The notes under the pieces: generated by a model | What the model was told of the DNA's origin: nothing | The model's input: the letters and a program-made list of their open reading frames with translations, nothing else | Database searches by the model: none | Assembly: GCA_036149055.1 (NCBI GenBank) | Contig: JAYZQJ010000187.1 | Span: 1-52,996 of the forward strand | Direction of reading: 5' to 3' | Origin: Myxococcota bacterium | GTDB lineage: Bacteria > Myxococcota_A > Polyangia > Polyangiales > Sandaracinaceae | DNA: 52,996 bases | Translations under genes and position numbers: made by a program | Shown here: positions 37,694-48,595 of the stretch, piece after piece | Position numbering within the stretch: the first letter of the stretch is position 1 | How the letters are laid out: each line of letters opens with the position of its first letter

Positions 37694-38095
37694 GCCGACC
37701 CGCTGGCGATCGCCACCGCGCGGCGAGCCGCCCGAGCCCGGCCTGGCCTGGCCTGGCCAATTCCTCCTCGCCTCCCAACTCCCCACTCCCCAAGACACAG
37801 CCGCCGACCCGCTGGCGATCGCCGCCGCGCGGCGAGCGTCCGAGCCCGGCCTGGCCTGGCCAATCCTCCTCGCCTCCCACCTCCCCACTCCCTGCAACAC
37901 ACAGCCGCCGAACCGCGGGCGATCGCCACCGCGCGGCGAGCGCCCGAGCCCGGCCTGGCCAGTTCCTCCTCGCCTCCCACCTCCCCACTCCCTGCAATAC
38001 ACAGCCGCCGAAGCGCGGGCGATCGCCACGGAGCGGCGAGCGTCCGAGCCGGGCCCCGACCCCTTCCTTCCTCGCTTCCCACCTTCCTCGCTTCC
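37694..38095. repeat. Four tandem ~100-109 bp units
   Basis: Units start at 37694, 37803, 37907 and 38007. Each has a ggcgatcgcc dyad and a cctcctcgcctccca-type tract (diverged in unit 4). Confidence 0.92.
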
Positions 38096-38130
38096 TGCGA
38101 GTCGCAGGTACCGAGACGTGAGGAGCGGGA

Positions 38131-38799
38131 TCAGGCTTCGATGTCCTCGCCCGCATCCGGATCATCGAGCGGCATGGCGGGACGAGGGCCGACCTCACGG
38201 TAGGCGGGGAGCTCGTAGGTGCGGTCGGGGGTGGCGAGGTGCTCGAACCACTCGACGAAGCGGCGGAGGGTGGCTCGCTGCTCGGGGGTGGGGACGAAGC
38301 GATCGCCGCAGAAGGTCGCCCCGACGTGGGGCGCGAGGGCGAGCTTGCGGATGGCGATGACGTCGGTGCGGAGGCGCATGCCTTCGTAGACGCCGCTGCG
38401 GGCGAGCGGGCGGCCGATGTAGTCGCCGCGGATGCGCCGCGTGCCGCCGCTCGCGTGGAGCTCGACCGCCTCGCAGCCGCGCCACCGGGCGCGATCGGCC
38501 GGGGCGTCGACGATGGCCGACACGCTGACGTGGTCGCTGCCGGGGCGCGCCCAGAGCCGGAGCACGCCGTAGCCGAGGGAGGCCTCCGCGTTGCCCCAGG
38601 GGATGCGCAGCTCGAGGGACGGCTGGTCCCGGGCGTCCGGCCGCACGACGAGCTCGCCCTCGTAGGGGAGATCGGCGGGCAGCGAGCGGGCCCAGGCGGG
38701 CGGCGGCAGCGGGGCCGACCCGCAGCTCCCGAGCAGCGCCATCAGCGCCGCCGCCGACCATGTGCTCACGACCCTCGTCACGGACTTGTCCAACAACAT
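38131..38799 (-). CDS. Hypothetical lipoprotein
   Basis: AAALMALLGS-C lipobox; start uncertain. Confidence 0.65.
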   Translation of the reverse strand: MLLDKSVTRVVSTWSAAALMALLGSCGSAPLPPPAWARSLPADLPYEGELVVRPDARDQPSLELRIPWGNAEASLGYGVLRLWARPGSDHVSVSAIVDAPADRARWRGCEAVELHASGGTRRIRGDYIGRPLARSGVYEGMRLRTDVIAIRKLALAPHVGATFCGDRFVPTPEQRATLRRFVEWFEHLATPDRTYELPAYREVGPRPAMPLDDPDAGEDIEA

Positions 38800-38975
38800 A
38801 CGGCGCCTAGTCCGGACCCTCCACCCCCACCCCGCCTTGGGTCGGACGTGCGGGGTCTGCACACCCCGGCCAGGCGGCTCCGGGCGAATCAGGTGCGTGA
38901 CGATCGGACCGTCGGGGGCGGCCCGACTTTTGCGGGCGGAGCGCCTCGCCTATGCTCGGCCCCGAGGTCTCCCCC

Positions 38976-40934
38976 ATGCACCCCCTTCGAATCCCCCACC
39001 TTCGCGCGCTCCTCTTCGCCTTCGCCTCCCTGGCCCTCGCGGCCGGCTGCGACTGCGGCGGCTCCATCGGCGGCGGCGGCCCCTGCGAGAGCAACGACGA
39101 CTGCGAGGCCGACGGCGTCTGCGTCGACGGCCGCTGTCAGGCCCCGATCGACGCCGGCCCCGACACCGGCATCCCCGACTGCGTCGACGAGGACCGCGAC
39201 GGGCGCTGCGCGATCGACGACTGCGACGACGCCAACCCGCAGCGGGGCGGCGACGAGGTCTGCGACGCGATCGACAACGACTGCGACGGGACCATCGACG
39301 AGGGCATCAGCACGCTCTGCGCCGACTGCACGCCGGGGTGCAGCGCCGAGGAGATCCCCGGGCCGGGCGGCTGGATGCCGACCGAGGACAACTCCGAGGG
39401 CGTCATCGTCGACGACGACGGCGCGCTCACCCTCGGGCGCAACATGGCGATGGCCTTCGCGGTCTGGGTCGCGAACATGGACGAGGGCACCGTCAGCAAG
39501 CTCGACTCGCGCACCGGCGCCGAGGTCGCGCGCTACCCGACGGTGAACGCCACCGCGCCGGCGGGCACGCGCCCGTGGAACGAGGCGTGCAACTGGTCGA
39601 ACCTCGGCAACTGCCCCTCGCGCACCGCGGTCGATCAGAACTTCGACGCCTACGTCGCCAACCGCGCCTTCGGCAACCAGGGCACCATCACCAAGTACGC
39701 CAACCGGGAGACCGACTGCGTCGACCGGAACGGCAACGGGATGATCGAGACCAGCCGCGACCTCAACGCGAACGGCATGATCGAGATGGGCACCCCGGAG
39801 TTCGTCGGCCCCGACGACGAGTGCATCCTCTGGACGGCGCCGGTCGGCGCGGGCAACGGCGTGCCTCGCGCGCTCGCCATCGGCGTGGCCCCGCCCGACG
39901 CGTTCGTGGGCGACGTGTGGGTCGGGCTCTTCAACGAGCGCCAGGCCTGCCGCCTCGATCCCGCCTCGGGCGCGACCGTCGCGTGCATGCCGATCTCCGA
40001 CTTCCGGCCCTACGGCATGGCCGCCGACTCGATGGGCCGCATCTGGACCGCGGACCGCTCGGGCGCGCGCCGCGACGTGCTCGGCTTCATCGACCCGATC
40101 GCGATGAGCTTCACCCCGGTGGCGGCGATGCCGGGCTCGGAGTGCGCCGTCCCCTACGGCATCACCGTCGACGGAGCCGGCGACGTCTTCCTCGCCAACC
40201 AGTGCAACCCCTCGCTCTGGCGGTTCCGCCCGTCGACCGGGGAGTGGACCGGCGTCGACGCGGGCGCGGCCGCCTTCACCGGGACGCCGCGCGGGGTGGC
40301 CGCCGACGAGACCTATCTCTGGACCGCGCTGAGCCACGCGGGCGACGCCTTCGCCGGCGGGGTGACCAACCGGGTCCGGCAGTACCGGCTGAGCGACCTG
40401 AGCTTCGTCGCCGAGCACACCATCCCGACCGGCCAGCAGCCGATCGGCATCGGGGTGAGCTTCGACAACTCGGTCTGGGCGATCTGCCGCAGCAACAACA
40501 TCGCCGCCCGCCTCGACCCCGCCACCGGCGTGTGGACCGAGCATCAGGTCGGCTTGCACCCCTACACCTACAGCGACTTCATCGGCTTCGGCCTCAACGT
40601 CTTCGCCGAGCCGCGCGGCCGCTACCACTTCGTGCTCGAGGGCTGCCCCACCGGCACCAACGTCTGGCAGGGCGCCCGCTACACCGCGGAGATCCCGGCG
40701 GGCACGTCGGTGACGGTCTGGGCGCGCGCCGCGGACACCCGCGACGGGCTCGCCGCGGAGGAGTGGATCGGGCCCTGGGAGGGCAACCCGGCCGACTTCA
40801 CGATGGCCCCCGGCCCGGTGCCGAGCCGGCGCTTCCTCCAGGTGGAGCTGAGGCTCTCGACCACCGACCGCACGACCGCGCCGCGGGTCTTCGACATCGA
40901 GGTCGCGGGGGTCTGCGAGCCCATCGTCGAGTGA
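38976..40934 (+). CDS. Lipoprotein with a MopE-like repeat and a Vgb/NHL-like beta-propeller
   Basis: LALAAG-C lipobox; motifs EVCDAIDNDCDGTIDEG, VWVANMDEGTVSKLD, PSRTAVD, PYG repeats, PYTYSDF. Confidence 0.85.
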   Translation: MHPLRIPHLRALLFAFASLALAAGCDCGGSIGGGGPCESNDDCEADGVCVDGRCQAPIDAGPDTGIPDCVDEDRDGRCAIDDCDDANPQRGGDEVCDAIDNDCDGTIDEGISTLCADCTPGCSAEEIPGPGGWMPTEDNSEGVIVDDDGALTLGRNMAMAFAVWVANMDEGTVSKLDSRTGAEVARYPTVNATAPAGTRPWNEACNWSNLGNCPSRTAVDQNFDAYVANRAFGNQGTITKYANRETDCVDRNGNGMIETSRDLNANGMIEMGTPEFVGPDDECILWTAPVGAGNGVPRALAIGVAPPDAFVGDVWVGLFNERQACRLDPASGATVACMPISDFRPYGMAADSMGRIWTADRSGARRDVLGFIDPIAMSFTPVAAMPGSECAVPYGITVDGAGDVFLANQCNPSLWRFRPSTGEWTGVDAGAAAFTGTPRGVAADETYLWTALSHAGDAFAGGVTNRVRQYRLSDLSFVAEHTIPTGQQPIGIGVSFDNSVWAICRSNNIAARLDPATGVWTEHQVGLHPYTYSDFIGFGLNVFAEPRGRYHFVLEGCPTGTNVWQGARYTAEIPAGTSVTVWARAADTRDGLAAEEWIGPWEGNPADFTMAPGPVPSRRFLQVELRLSTTDRTTAPRVFDIEVAGVCEPIVE

Positions 40935-40976
40935 CGTTGATCCTCGGGGCGTTCACGGTAGGATGCGCGCGCCTTC

Positions 40977-42080
40977 ATGGACGCCCAAGACCCCACGCTC
41001 GGCCTGCGCCGCGTCATCCGTGACGACGGGTCCGCCAACCCCGACACGGACCCCTTCCTCCCGGAGGAGACGCTCCGGTCGATGTACCGCGAGCTGCTGA
41101 AGATCCGGCGCCTCGACGAGCGCATGCTCGGCAAGCAGCGGCAGGGCAAGGTCGGCTTCTTCGGCACGATCACCGGCCAGGAGGCCACGCCGATCGCGAC
41201 CGCCTTCGCGCTCGAGGATCGCGACTGGATCTTCCCCGCGCTCCGCGAGAGCGCGATCATGCTCTGCCGGGGCTTCCCGCTCTCCGACTGGCTCGCGCAG
41301 GTCTACGGGAACCAGCGCGACGTGCTCAAGGGCCGCCAGATGCCGAGCCACATGAGCGGCCGCGCGGTGAACCAGGTCTCGTGGTCCAGCTGCATCGGCC
41401 CGCAGATCCCGCAGGCGGTGGGCGCGGCGATGGCCGCCAAGCGCCGCGGCGACGACGCCGTGTCGGTCGGCTTCATGGGCGACGGCGCCACCAGCCAGCC
41501 CGACTTCCACGCCGCGATGACCTTCGCCGCGAAGGACCGCGCGCCGGTCGTGCTGATCTGCCAGAACAACCACTGGTCGATCAGCGTGCCGACCGAGAAG
41601 CAGACCGCGTCGGCCACCATCGCGGTCAAGGCCAAGGCCTACGGGATGCCCGGGATCCGCGTGGACGGCAACGACGTGCTCGCCGTCTACTCGGCGGTGA
41701 AGGAGGCGGCCGACCGCGCCCGCCGCGGCGAGGGGCCGACCTTCGTGGAGGCGGTGACCTACCGCATGGGCCCGCACTCCTCGAGCGACGACCCGACGCG
41801 CTACCGCAGCCAGGACGAGGTCGACGCGTGGGCCAAGAAGGACCCGATCGCGCGCTACGAGGCCTACCTCCGCAAGGCGGAGCTGCTCGACGACGCCTCG
41901 CGTGAGGCCGTCATCGAGGACCTGGAGCGCGAGATCACCGCCGCGATCGACGAGGTCGAGGAGCTGCCGCCGCCGCCGCGGGGGACGCTCTTCGACGACG
42001 TCTACGCGGACACGCCCGCCCACCTCGACGAACAGCGGGACGCCCTCTCGCGGCTCCCCGACGCGCCGCGCGGGCACTGA
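40977..42080 (+). CDS. ThDP-dependent 2-oxoacid dehydrogenase E1 alpha subunit, probably branched-chain type
   Basis: Motifs QRQGK, GQEA, KGRQMPSH, ThDP motif GDGATS...NNHWSIS, YRMGPHSSSDDP. Confidence 0.95.
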   Translation: MDAQDPTLGLRRVIRDDGSANPDTDPFLPEETLRSMYRELLKIRRLDERMLGKQRQGKVGFFGTITGQEATPIATAFALEDRDWIFPALRESAIMLCRGFPLSDWLAQVYGNQRDVLKGRQMPSHMSGRAVNQVSWSSCIGPQIPQAVGAAMAAKRRGDDAVSVGFMGDGATSQPDFHAAMTFAAKDRAPVVLICQNNHWSISVPTEKQTASATIAVKAKAYGMPGIRVDGNDVLAVYSAVKEAADRARRGEGPTFVEAVTYRMGPHSSSDDPTRYRSQDEVDAWAKKDPIARYEAYLRKAELLDDASREAVIEDLEREITAAIDEVEELPPPPRGTLFDDVYADTPAHLDEQRDALSRLPDAPRGH

Positions 42081-42145
42081 AGACACGGAATCGGGCACTT
42101 CCCGCCGAGCGCGGGTCGCCCTACGAGAACCCTCAGGAGAGACAC

Positions 42146-43561
42146 ATGGCTGAGAAGAGCTACGAGGCGATCGTCATCGGCGCCGGTCCCGGCGGCTACC
42201 CGGCGGGCATCCGATTGGCCCAGCTCGGCGTCAAGACGCTGGTGGTCGAGAAGGAGTACTACGGCGGCGTCTGCCTCAACTGGGGCTGCATCCCGTCCAA
42301 GGCGCTGATCGCGGCCGCGAACACCTACCAGGACATGCAGGAGGGCGTCGGCACGATGGGCATCTCCGTCGGCGACGTGTCGATCGACGTCGGCAAGCTG
42401 CAGGACTGGAAGGACGGCATCGTCAAGAAGCTCACCGGCGGCGTGCAGGGGCTGCTCAAGGCCAACAAGGCCGACTCGGTGATGGGCACCGCGAAGCTCG
42501 TCGGCAAGAACCAGGTCGAGGTGACCGACGCCGACGGCAAGAAGACCGTCTACCAGGCGAGCAAGGGCATCGTCATCGCGACCGGCGCCCAGGTCATCCA
42601 GATCCCCGGCATGGAGATCGACGGCGAGACCATCATCAGCGCGCGCGAGGCGGTCAGCCTCCGCCGGGCCGAGGGCACCATGGTCGTCGTCGGCGGCGGC
42701 GTGATCGGCATGGAGCTCGGCATGGTCTACCAGAAGCTGGGCATGAAGGTCGTGGTGGTGGAGCTGCTCCCGCAGCTGCTCACCGGCGTCGACAAGGACC
42801 TCGTCCGCGTCGTGCAGAAGGCCTTCGAGAAGTCCGGCGGCGAGGTGCACGTCGAGGCCAAGGTCGAGAAGATCGAGAAGAAGGGCGGCAAGGCCACCGT
42901 CACCGTCGCGACCAAGGACGGCAAGAGCTTCACCATCGACGCCGACAAGGTCCTCATGGCCGTCGGCTTCAAGCCGAACAGCAAGAACCTCGGCCTCGAG
43001 GATCTCGGCGTGAAGATGGACCAGCGCGGTCACATCCAGGTCAACGAGAAGCTCGAGACGAACGTCTCCGGCGTCTACGCCATCGGCGACGTCATCGGCG
43101 CGCCGTACCTGGCGCACAAGGCCACCAAGGAGGGCGAGATCGTCGCCGAGGTCATCGCGGGTCACAAGGCCGCGGTCGACTGGCGCGCGATGCCCGCCGC
43201 CATCTTCACCGAGCCGGAGATCGCGACCGTCGGCATCACCGAGACCCAGGCCAAGGAGCAGGGGAAGAAGGTGAAGATCGGCAAGTTCCCCTTCAGCGTG
43301 AGCGGCCGCGCGATGGCGGTGCGTCACACGGAGGGCTTCATCAAGACCATCGTCGACGCGGAGACCCACGAGGTGCTCGGCGTCGCCATCGTCGGCCCCG
43401 AGGCCAGCGACCTCATCAGCGAGGCGTCGCTCGCCATCGAGATGTGTGCCTTCGCGGAGGACGTGCACCTCACCATCCACCCCCACCCCACCCTGGGCGA
43501 GGCGGTGATGGAGAGCTTCAAGCACGCGCTCGGCGAGGCCGTGCACGTCATGAACCGCTGA
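42146..43561 (+). CDS. lpdA: Dihydrolipoyl dehydrogenase (E3)
   Basis: Motifs GAGPGGY, GGVCLNWGCIPSK, GGGVIGME, HPHPTLGE. Confidence 0.97.
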   Translation: MAEKSYEAIVIGAGPGGYPAGIRLAQLGVKTLVVEKEYYGGVCLNWGCIPSKALIAAANTYQDMQEGVGTMGISVGDVSIDVGKLQDWKDGIVKKLTGGVQGLLKANKADSVMGTAKLVGKNQVEVTDADGKKTVYQASKGIVIATGAQVIQIPGMEIDGETIISAREAVSLRRAEGTMVVVGGGVIGMELGMVYQKLGMKVVVVELLPQLLTGVDKDLVRVVQKAFEKSGGEVHVEAKVEKIEKKGGKATVTVATKDGKSFTIDADKVLMAVGFKPNSKNLGLEDLGVKMDQRGHIQVNEKLETNVSGVYAIGDVIGAPYLAHKATKEGEIVAEVIAGHKAAVDWRAMPAAIFTEPEIATVGITETQAKEQGKKVKIGKFPFSVSGRAMAVRHTEGFIKTIVDAETHEVLGVAIVGPEASDLISEASLAIEMCAFAEDVHLTIHPHPTLGEAVMESFKHALGEAVHVMNR

Positions 43562-43585
43562 TCTTTCGCGCCAAAGATGCATCAG

Positions 43586-43613
43586 GGGGCGCCAGGGCAC
43601 GTTCTGGCGCCCC
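43586..43613 (+). terminator. Probable terminator after lpdA
   Basis: Stem ggggcgccag/ctggcgcccc followed by ttgctct. Confidence 0.6.
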
Positions 43614-43634
43614 TTGCTCTATCATGTCCCCGGG

Positions 43635-44228
43635 ATGACGGATGGAGCGGACGACTGGGTCGAGATGCCGACCCTGGCGCAGGACTCTCGGCTCTGGGTG
43701 GCGCTCGAGGGCCCGGACGAGGTCTGGCTGGGGCGGCTCGCGCACGAGCTGGGCCGGATCGGGGTGCGGGCGAAGCTCGCCAAGGCGGAGGACCAGTCCG
43801 CCTCGGGGCGCCACCCCAAGCTCGTGGTGAAGTGCGGGTGGCCGGATCCCGCGAGCGGCGACGACCCTCCGCCGCTCGAGTCCGAGCCGACGCTCTGGTT
43901 CCCGGGCAAGGACGGCACGATGGTCAGCCTCCGCGGCGACCGGAACATGAACGTGCTCGCGATGGAGGTCGCCCGCTTCTTCCGCGGCGTCGAGGACGAC
44001 GCCGAGGACACCGTCCAGGACGACCTGCTCGAGCAGCAGATCCGCGAGTTCCAGCAGCGCTCGAACGCGCCCAAGCCGCGCCCCGCGCCGAGCTTCTCGA
44101 CGCCGCCGCCCAGCGCGACCTCGGTGCCGCCGCCCGCGAAGTCCGGCGGCGGCGCGGCGGGCTTCGTGGTGCTCGCGGTCTTCCTCCTCGTCATCGTGGG
44201 CGCCCTGGTGTTCTTCCTCGTCCGATGA
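43635..44228 (+). CDS. Hypothetical protein with Pro-rich linker and C-terminal TM helix
   Basis: C-terminal FVVLAVFLLVIVGALVFFLVR; ATGA overlap with the next gene. Confidence 0.7.
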   Translation: MTDGADDWVEMPTLAQDSRLWVALEGPDEVWLGRLAHELGRIGVRAKLAKAEDQSASGRHPKLVVKCGWPDPASGDDPPPLESEPTLWFPGKDGTMVSLRGDRNMNVLAMEVARFFRGVEDDAEDTVQDDLLEQQIREFQQRSNAPKPRPAPSFSTPPPSATSVPPPAKSGGGAAGFVVLAVFLLVIVGALVFFLVR

Positions 44229-45382
44229 CTCGCGCCGGCCTCGCCTGGGCGTTGCTGCTCGCGGGCTGCGCGCTGAGCCACGGACGCGAGGCGCCGGGCG
44301 ACGCGGGCCCCGAGCCGCCTCGGTCCCGGCCTCGCTGGCGGGCGATCGAAGCCGGCGACTACTTCAGCTGCGCGCTCGCCCTCGACGGCGTCGCCTGGTG
44401 CTGGGGCTCGAACGGCTCGGGCCAGCTCGGCGTGGGCGGCGGCGAGGCCGAGATCTTCGCCCCGCGGCGCGTGGACACCGACGCGCGCTTCCGGCAGCTC
44501 AGCGCCGGGGCCTCGCACCTCTGCGGGGTCGACGACATGGCGCAGCTCTACTGCTGGGGCTCCAACATCAACCTGGCCCTCGGCACCGGCGACGAGGCCA
44601 ACCGCGACCGCCCGACGCGCGTCGTCGCCGTCGCGACCGAGATCATCGAGGTCCGGGCGGGGGCGTTCCACACCTGCGCGAGCGACGTGTTCGGCGACGT
44701 CTACTGCTGGGGGAGCAACTCCCGCGGACAGTGCGGGGTGCCGGACGTGAGGGCCGTGCCCCGGCCGAGCGCTCCGGTGCTCGACGGCGCGCTCGCGCTG
44801 GCCTCCGGTGACAGCCACAGCTGCGCGCTCCGCGTCGACGGCGTCTGGTGCTGGGGCAGCGGGGAGCGAGGCCAGCGCGGAGACGGCGGCGAGACCAGCC
44901 CGGAGCCCCGGCGCGTGCCGGGCGTCGAGGGCGCGCGCGGACTGTTCGCCGGGGGGACCACCACCTGCGCGACGGGGCCCTTCGGCGTCCGGTGCTGGGG
45001 CGGCAACGAGCACGGGCAGGCCGGGGACGGCGGCGGCCCCGACCGCGAGACCCCGGTCGACGCCTCCTCGCTGCCGCGCGAGGTGGTCGAGATCGAGCAG
45101 GGCGCCAACAACCACGCGTGCCTGCTCGGCGAGGATCGGCGCGTGCGCTGCTGGGGCTTCGCCGGCTCGGGCCGCCTCGGGGACGGCACCGAAGAGGAGC
45201 GCCGAGACCCGGTCGAGCCCCTGGGGCTCCCGAACGCCGGAGACGTCGCGGTGGGCGCGGGCCACGGCTGCGCGCTGAGCCTCGACGACCGGGTGCACTG
45301 CTGGGGGCTCAACCTGAGCGGCCAGCTCGGCGAGGGGCCGGAGGGCAACCGCCCCTTCCCGGCCGAGGTGGCCTTCCCGTGA
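44225..45382 (+). CDS. RCC1-repeat (beta-propeller) lipoprotein
   Basis: LLLAG-C lipobox; seven AGxxHxC...CWGxNxxGQxG-type repeats. Confidence 0.92.
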   Translation: MTRAGLAWALLLAGCALSHGREAPGDAGPEPPRSRPRWRAIEAGDYFSCALALDGVAWCWGSNGSGQLGVGGGEAEIFAPRRVDTDARFRQLSAGASHLCGVDDMAQLYCWGSNINLALGTGDEANRDRPTRVVAVATEIIEVRAGAFHTCASDVFGDVYCWGSNSRGQCGVPDVRAVPRPSAPVLDGALALASGDSHSCALRVDGVWCWGSGERGQRGDGGETSPEPRRVPGVEGARGLFAGGTTTCATGPFGVRCWGGNEHGQAGDGGGPDRETPVDASSLPREVVEIEQGANNHACLLGEDRRVRCWGFAGSGRLGDGTEEERRDPVEPLGLPNAGDVAVGAGHGCALSLDDRVHCWGLNLSGQLGEGPEGNRPFPAEVAFP

Positions 45383-45417
45383 CTACCGGCCCGCGCCGCC
45401 AGCGCTAGAGTCCCCGC

Positions 45418-46146
45418 ATGCGACGGCAGATCACCGTGCACCGGCTCGGCCGGGTCCGCTACGCCGAGGCGCTCGAGCTGCAGGAGCGGCTCCAGCGCGC
45501 TCGCATCCGGGGCCGGGTGGGCGACACCCTGCTCCTCCTCGAGCACCCGCCGGTCGTGACCCTGGGGCGCGGGGCCAAGGAGCAGAACATCTTGCTCTCT
45601 CGGGCGCTCCTCGCGGCGCGCGGCTTCGACGTGGCCGAGATCGGGCGGGGCGGCGACGTGACCTACCACGGACCCGGGCAGCTCGTCGGCTACCCCATCC
45701 TCGACCTGAGCCCGGACCGCAAGGACGTGCGGCGCTACGTCACCGACCTCGAGGAGCTGATGATCCGGCTCGCGGCCGAGTACGGGCTCGAGGCCGGCCG
45801 GGTGCCGAAGCTCAACGGGACCTGGATCGGCGACCGCAAGATCGGCGCGATCGGCGTGCGCATCAGCCGCTGGGTCACCATGCACGGCTTCGCCTTCAAC
45901 GTGACCACCGACCTCGACCACTTCGGGGTCATCGTGCCCTGCGGCATCACCGACCGTGGCGTGACCTCGCTGCAGCGGGAGCTCGACCGGGACGTGGCGA
46001 TGGACGAGGTGATGCCGAAGCTCGAGGCGCTCTTCGGCGAGCTCTTCGGCGCCGACCTGACGGTGAGCGACGCGCCGCCGCTCGAGGGCGTCGACGAGAG
46101 CGCGTGGGCGCCGGAACCGTGGCGCGACGCCGCCCCGTCTTCGTAG
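45418..46146 (+). CDS. lipB: Lipoyl(octanoyl) transferase
   Basis: Motifs [46 protein letters not shown]. Confidence 0.97.
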   Translation: MRRQITVHRLGRVRYAEALELQERLQRARIRGRVGDTLLLLEHPPVVTLGRGAKEQNILLSRALLAARGFDVAEIGRGGDVTYHGPGQLVGYPILDLSPDRKDVRRYVTDLEELMIRLAAEYGLEAGRVPKLNGTWIGDRKIGAIGVRISRWVTMHGFAFNVTTDLDHFGVIVPCGITDRGVTSLQRELDRDVAMDEVMPKLEALFGELFGADLTVSDAPPLEGVDESAWAPEPWRDAAPSS

Positions 46147-46203
46147 CTCGGTCCTCCCAGCTCGCGCCCGAACCCGTGGAGAGACGCGGCCAGCCGTGAT
46201 ATG

Positions 46204-46217
46204 TGAACCGCGGTTCA
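46204..46217. promoter_or_regulatory. Perfect 14-bp palindrome, candidate repressor operator
   Basis: TGAACCGCGGTTCA, ending 28 bp before the acyl-CoA dehydrogenase ATG in an AT-richer stretch. Confidence 0.5.
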
Positions 46218-46245
46218 GCGATTTCGAAGCACGGGAGCGCAGCAC

Positions 46246-47439
<1,194 letters not shown>

Positions 47440-47449
47440 GAGGCGCGCC

Positions 47450-48595
47450 GTGGACTTCCAGCTCACCGAAGACCAGAAGATGATCCAGGAGACGGCGGCC
47501 TCCTTCGTCAAGAAGGACAGCCCCGTCGAGCGCATGCGCAAGCTGCGCGACACCGAGCTCGGCTACGACCGAGCCGTCTACGCCCAGATGGGCGAGCTCG
47601 GCTGGCTCGGCCTGCCGATGCCCGAGAGCGTGGGCGGCTTCGGCGGCACGATGACCGACGCCGCGATCCTGCTCGAGCAGTTCGGCAGCACGCTCGTGCC
47701 CGAGCCCTACACCGCCAGCGTGATCCTCGGCGGCATGGCGCTCGTGCACGGCGCCAGCGACGCGCAGCAGAAGGAGCTGCTCGGCCCGATGGTCGAGGGC
47801 GAGACCTCGCTCGCGCTCGCCTGGGCGGAGCGACAGGGCCGCTACGACGCCTCGAACGTCGAGACCAAGGCCGAGAAGAGCGGCGGCGGCTACGTGCTCC
47901 GCGGCGAGAAGGTCTGGGTGCTCAACGGGCACGCGGCCGACCACCTCATCGTCAGCGCGCGCACCAGCGGCGGCCCCCGCGACCCCGGCGGCGTGTCGCT
48001 GTTCGCGGTGCCCAAGGGCGCGGGCGGCCTCACCGTGCAGACCGTCAAGACGATGGACGGCGGGCGGGCCGCGCGCGTCCTGCTCGACGGCGCCGAGGGC
48101 AAGCTGCTCGGCGACGAGGGCGCCGCGGCGCCGGCGCTCGGCTGGGTGCTCGACAAGGCGGCGGCCGCGAGCTGCGCCGAGGGCCTCGGGATCGCGAACG
48201 CGGTCCTGTGGATGACCGTCGAGTACCTGAAGACGCGCAAGCAGTTCGGCGTGCCGATCGGCATCTTCCAGGCGCTCCAGCACCGCGCGGTCGACATGTT
48301 CGTGCAGGTCGAGCTGCTCAAGGGCACGAGCATCCTCGCCAACGCCCGCGCCGAGGAGAGCGACGCCGAGGCCCGGCAGCGCGCGGTCAGCGCCGCGAAG
48401 GCCACGCTCACCCGGAACGGCTTCGAGGTCGTCGCCCAGGGCACCCAGCTCCACGGCGGCATCGGCGTCACCGACGAGCACGACATCAGCCTCTACTTCA
48501 AGCGCATGCGGGTGCTGAACGCGCTCTTCGGCGACGAGGACGCGCACGTGCGTCGCTTCATGAGCCTGCCCGGCTTCGAAGAGGACGCCGGCTGA
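47450..48595 (+). CDS. Acyl-CoA dehydrogenase, partner (PimD-like) subunit
   Basis: Motifs RKQFGVPIGIFQALQHR and QLHGGIGVTDE. LFGDED replaces IYGGSNE and the SEPxAGSD motif is degenerate. Confidence 0.92.
   Translation: MDFQLTEDQKMIQETAASFVKKDSPVERMRKLRDTELGYDRAVYAQMGELGWLGLPMPESVGGFGGTMTDAAILLEQFGSTLVPEPYTASVILGGMALVHGASDAQQKELLGPMVEGETSLALAWAERQGRYDASNVETKAEKSGGGYVLRGEKVWVLNGHAADHLIVSARTSGGPRDPGGVSLFAVPKGAGGLTVQTVKTMDGGRAARVLLDGAEGKLLGDEGAAAPALGWVLDKAAAASCAEGLGIANAVLWMTVEYLKTRKQFGVPIGIFQALQHRAVDMFVQVELLKGTSILANARAEESDAEARQRAVSAAKATLTRNGFEVVAQGTQLHGGIGVTDEHDISLYFKRMRVLNALFGDEDAHVRRFMSLPGFEEDAG

Noticed and set aside
37369..38095. CRISPR array or MITE with transposase
   Set aside because: The units are tandem with no unique spacers, and I found no transposase or clear target-site duplication.
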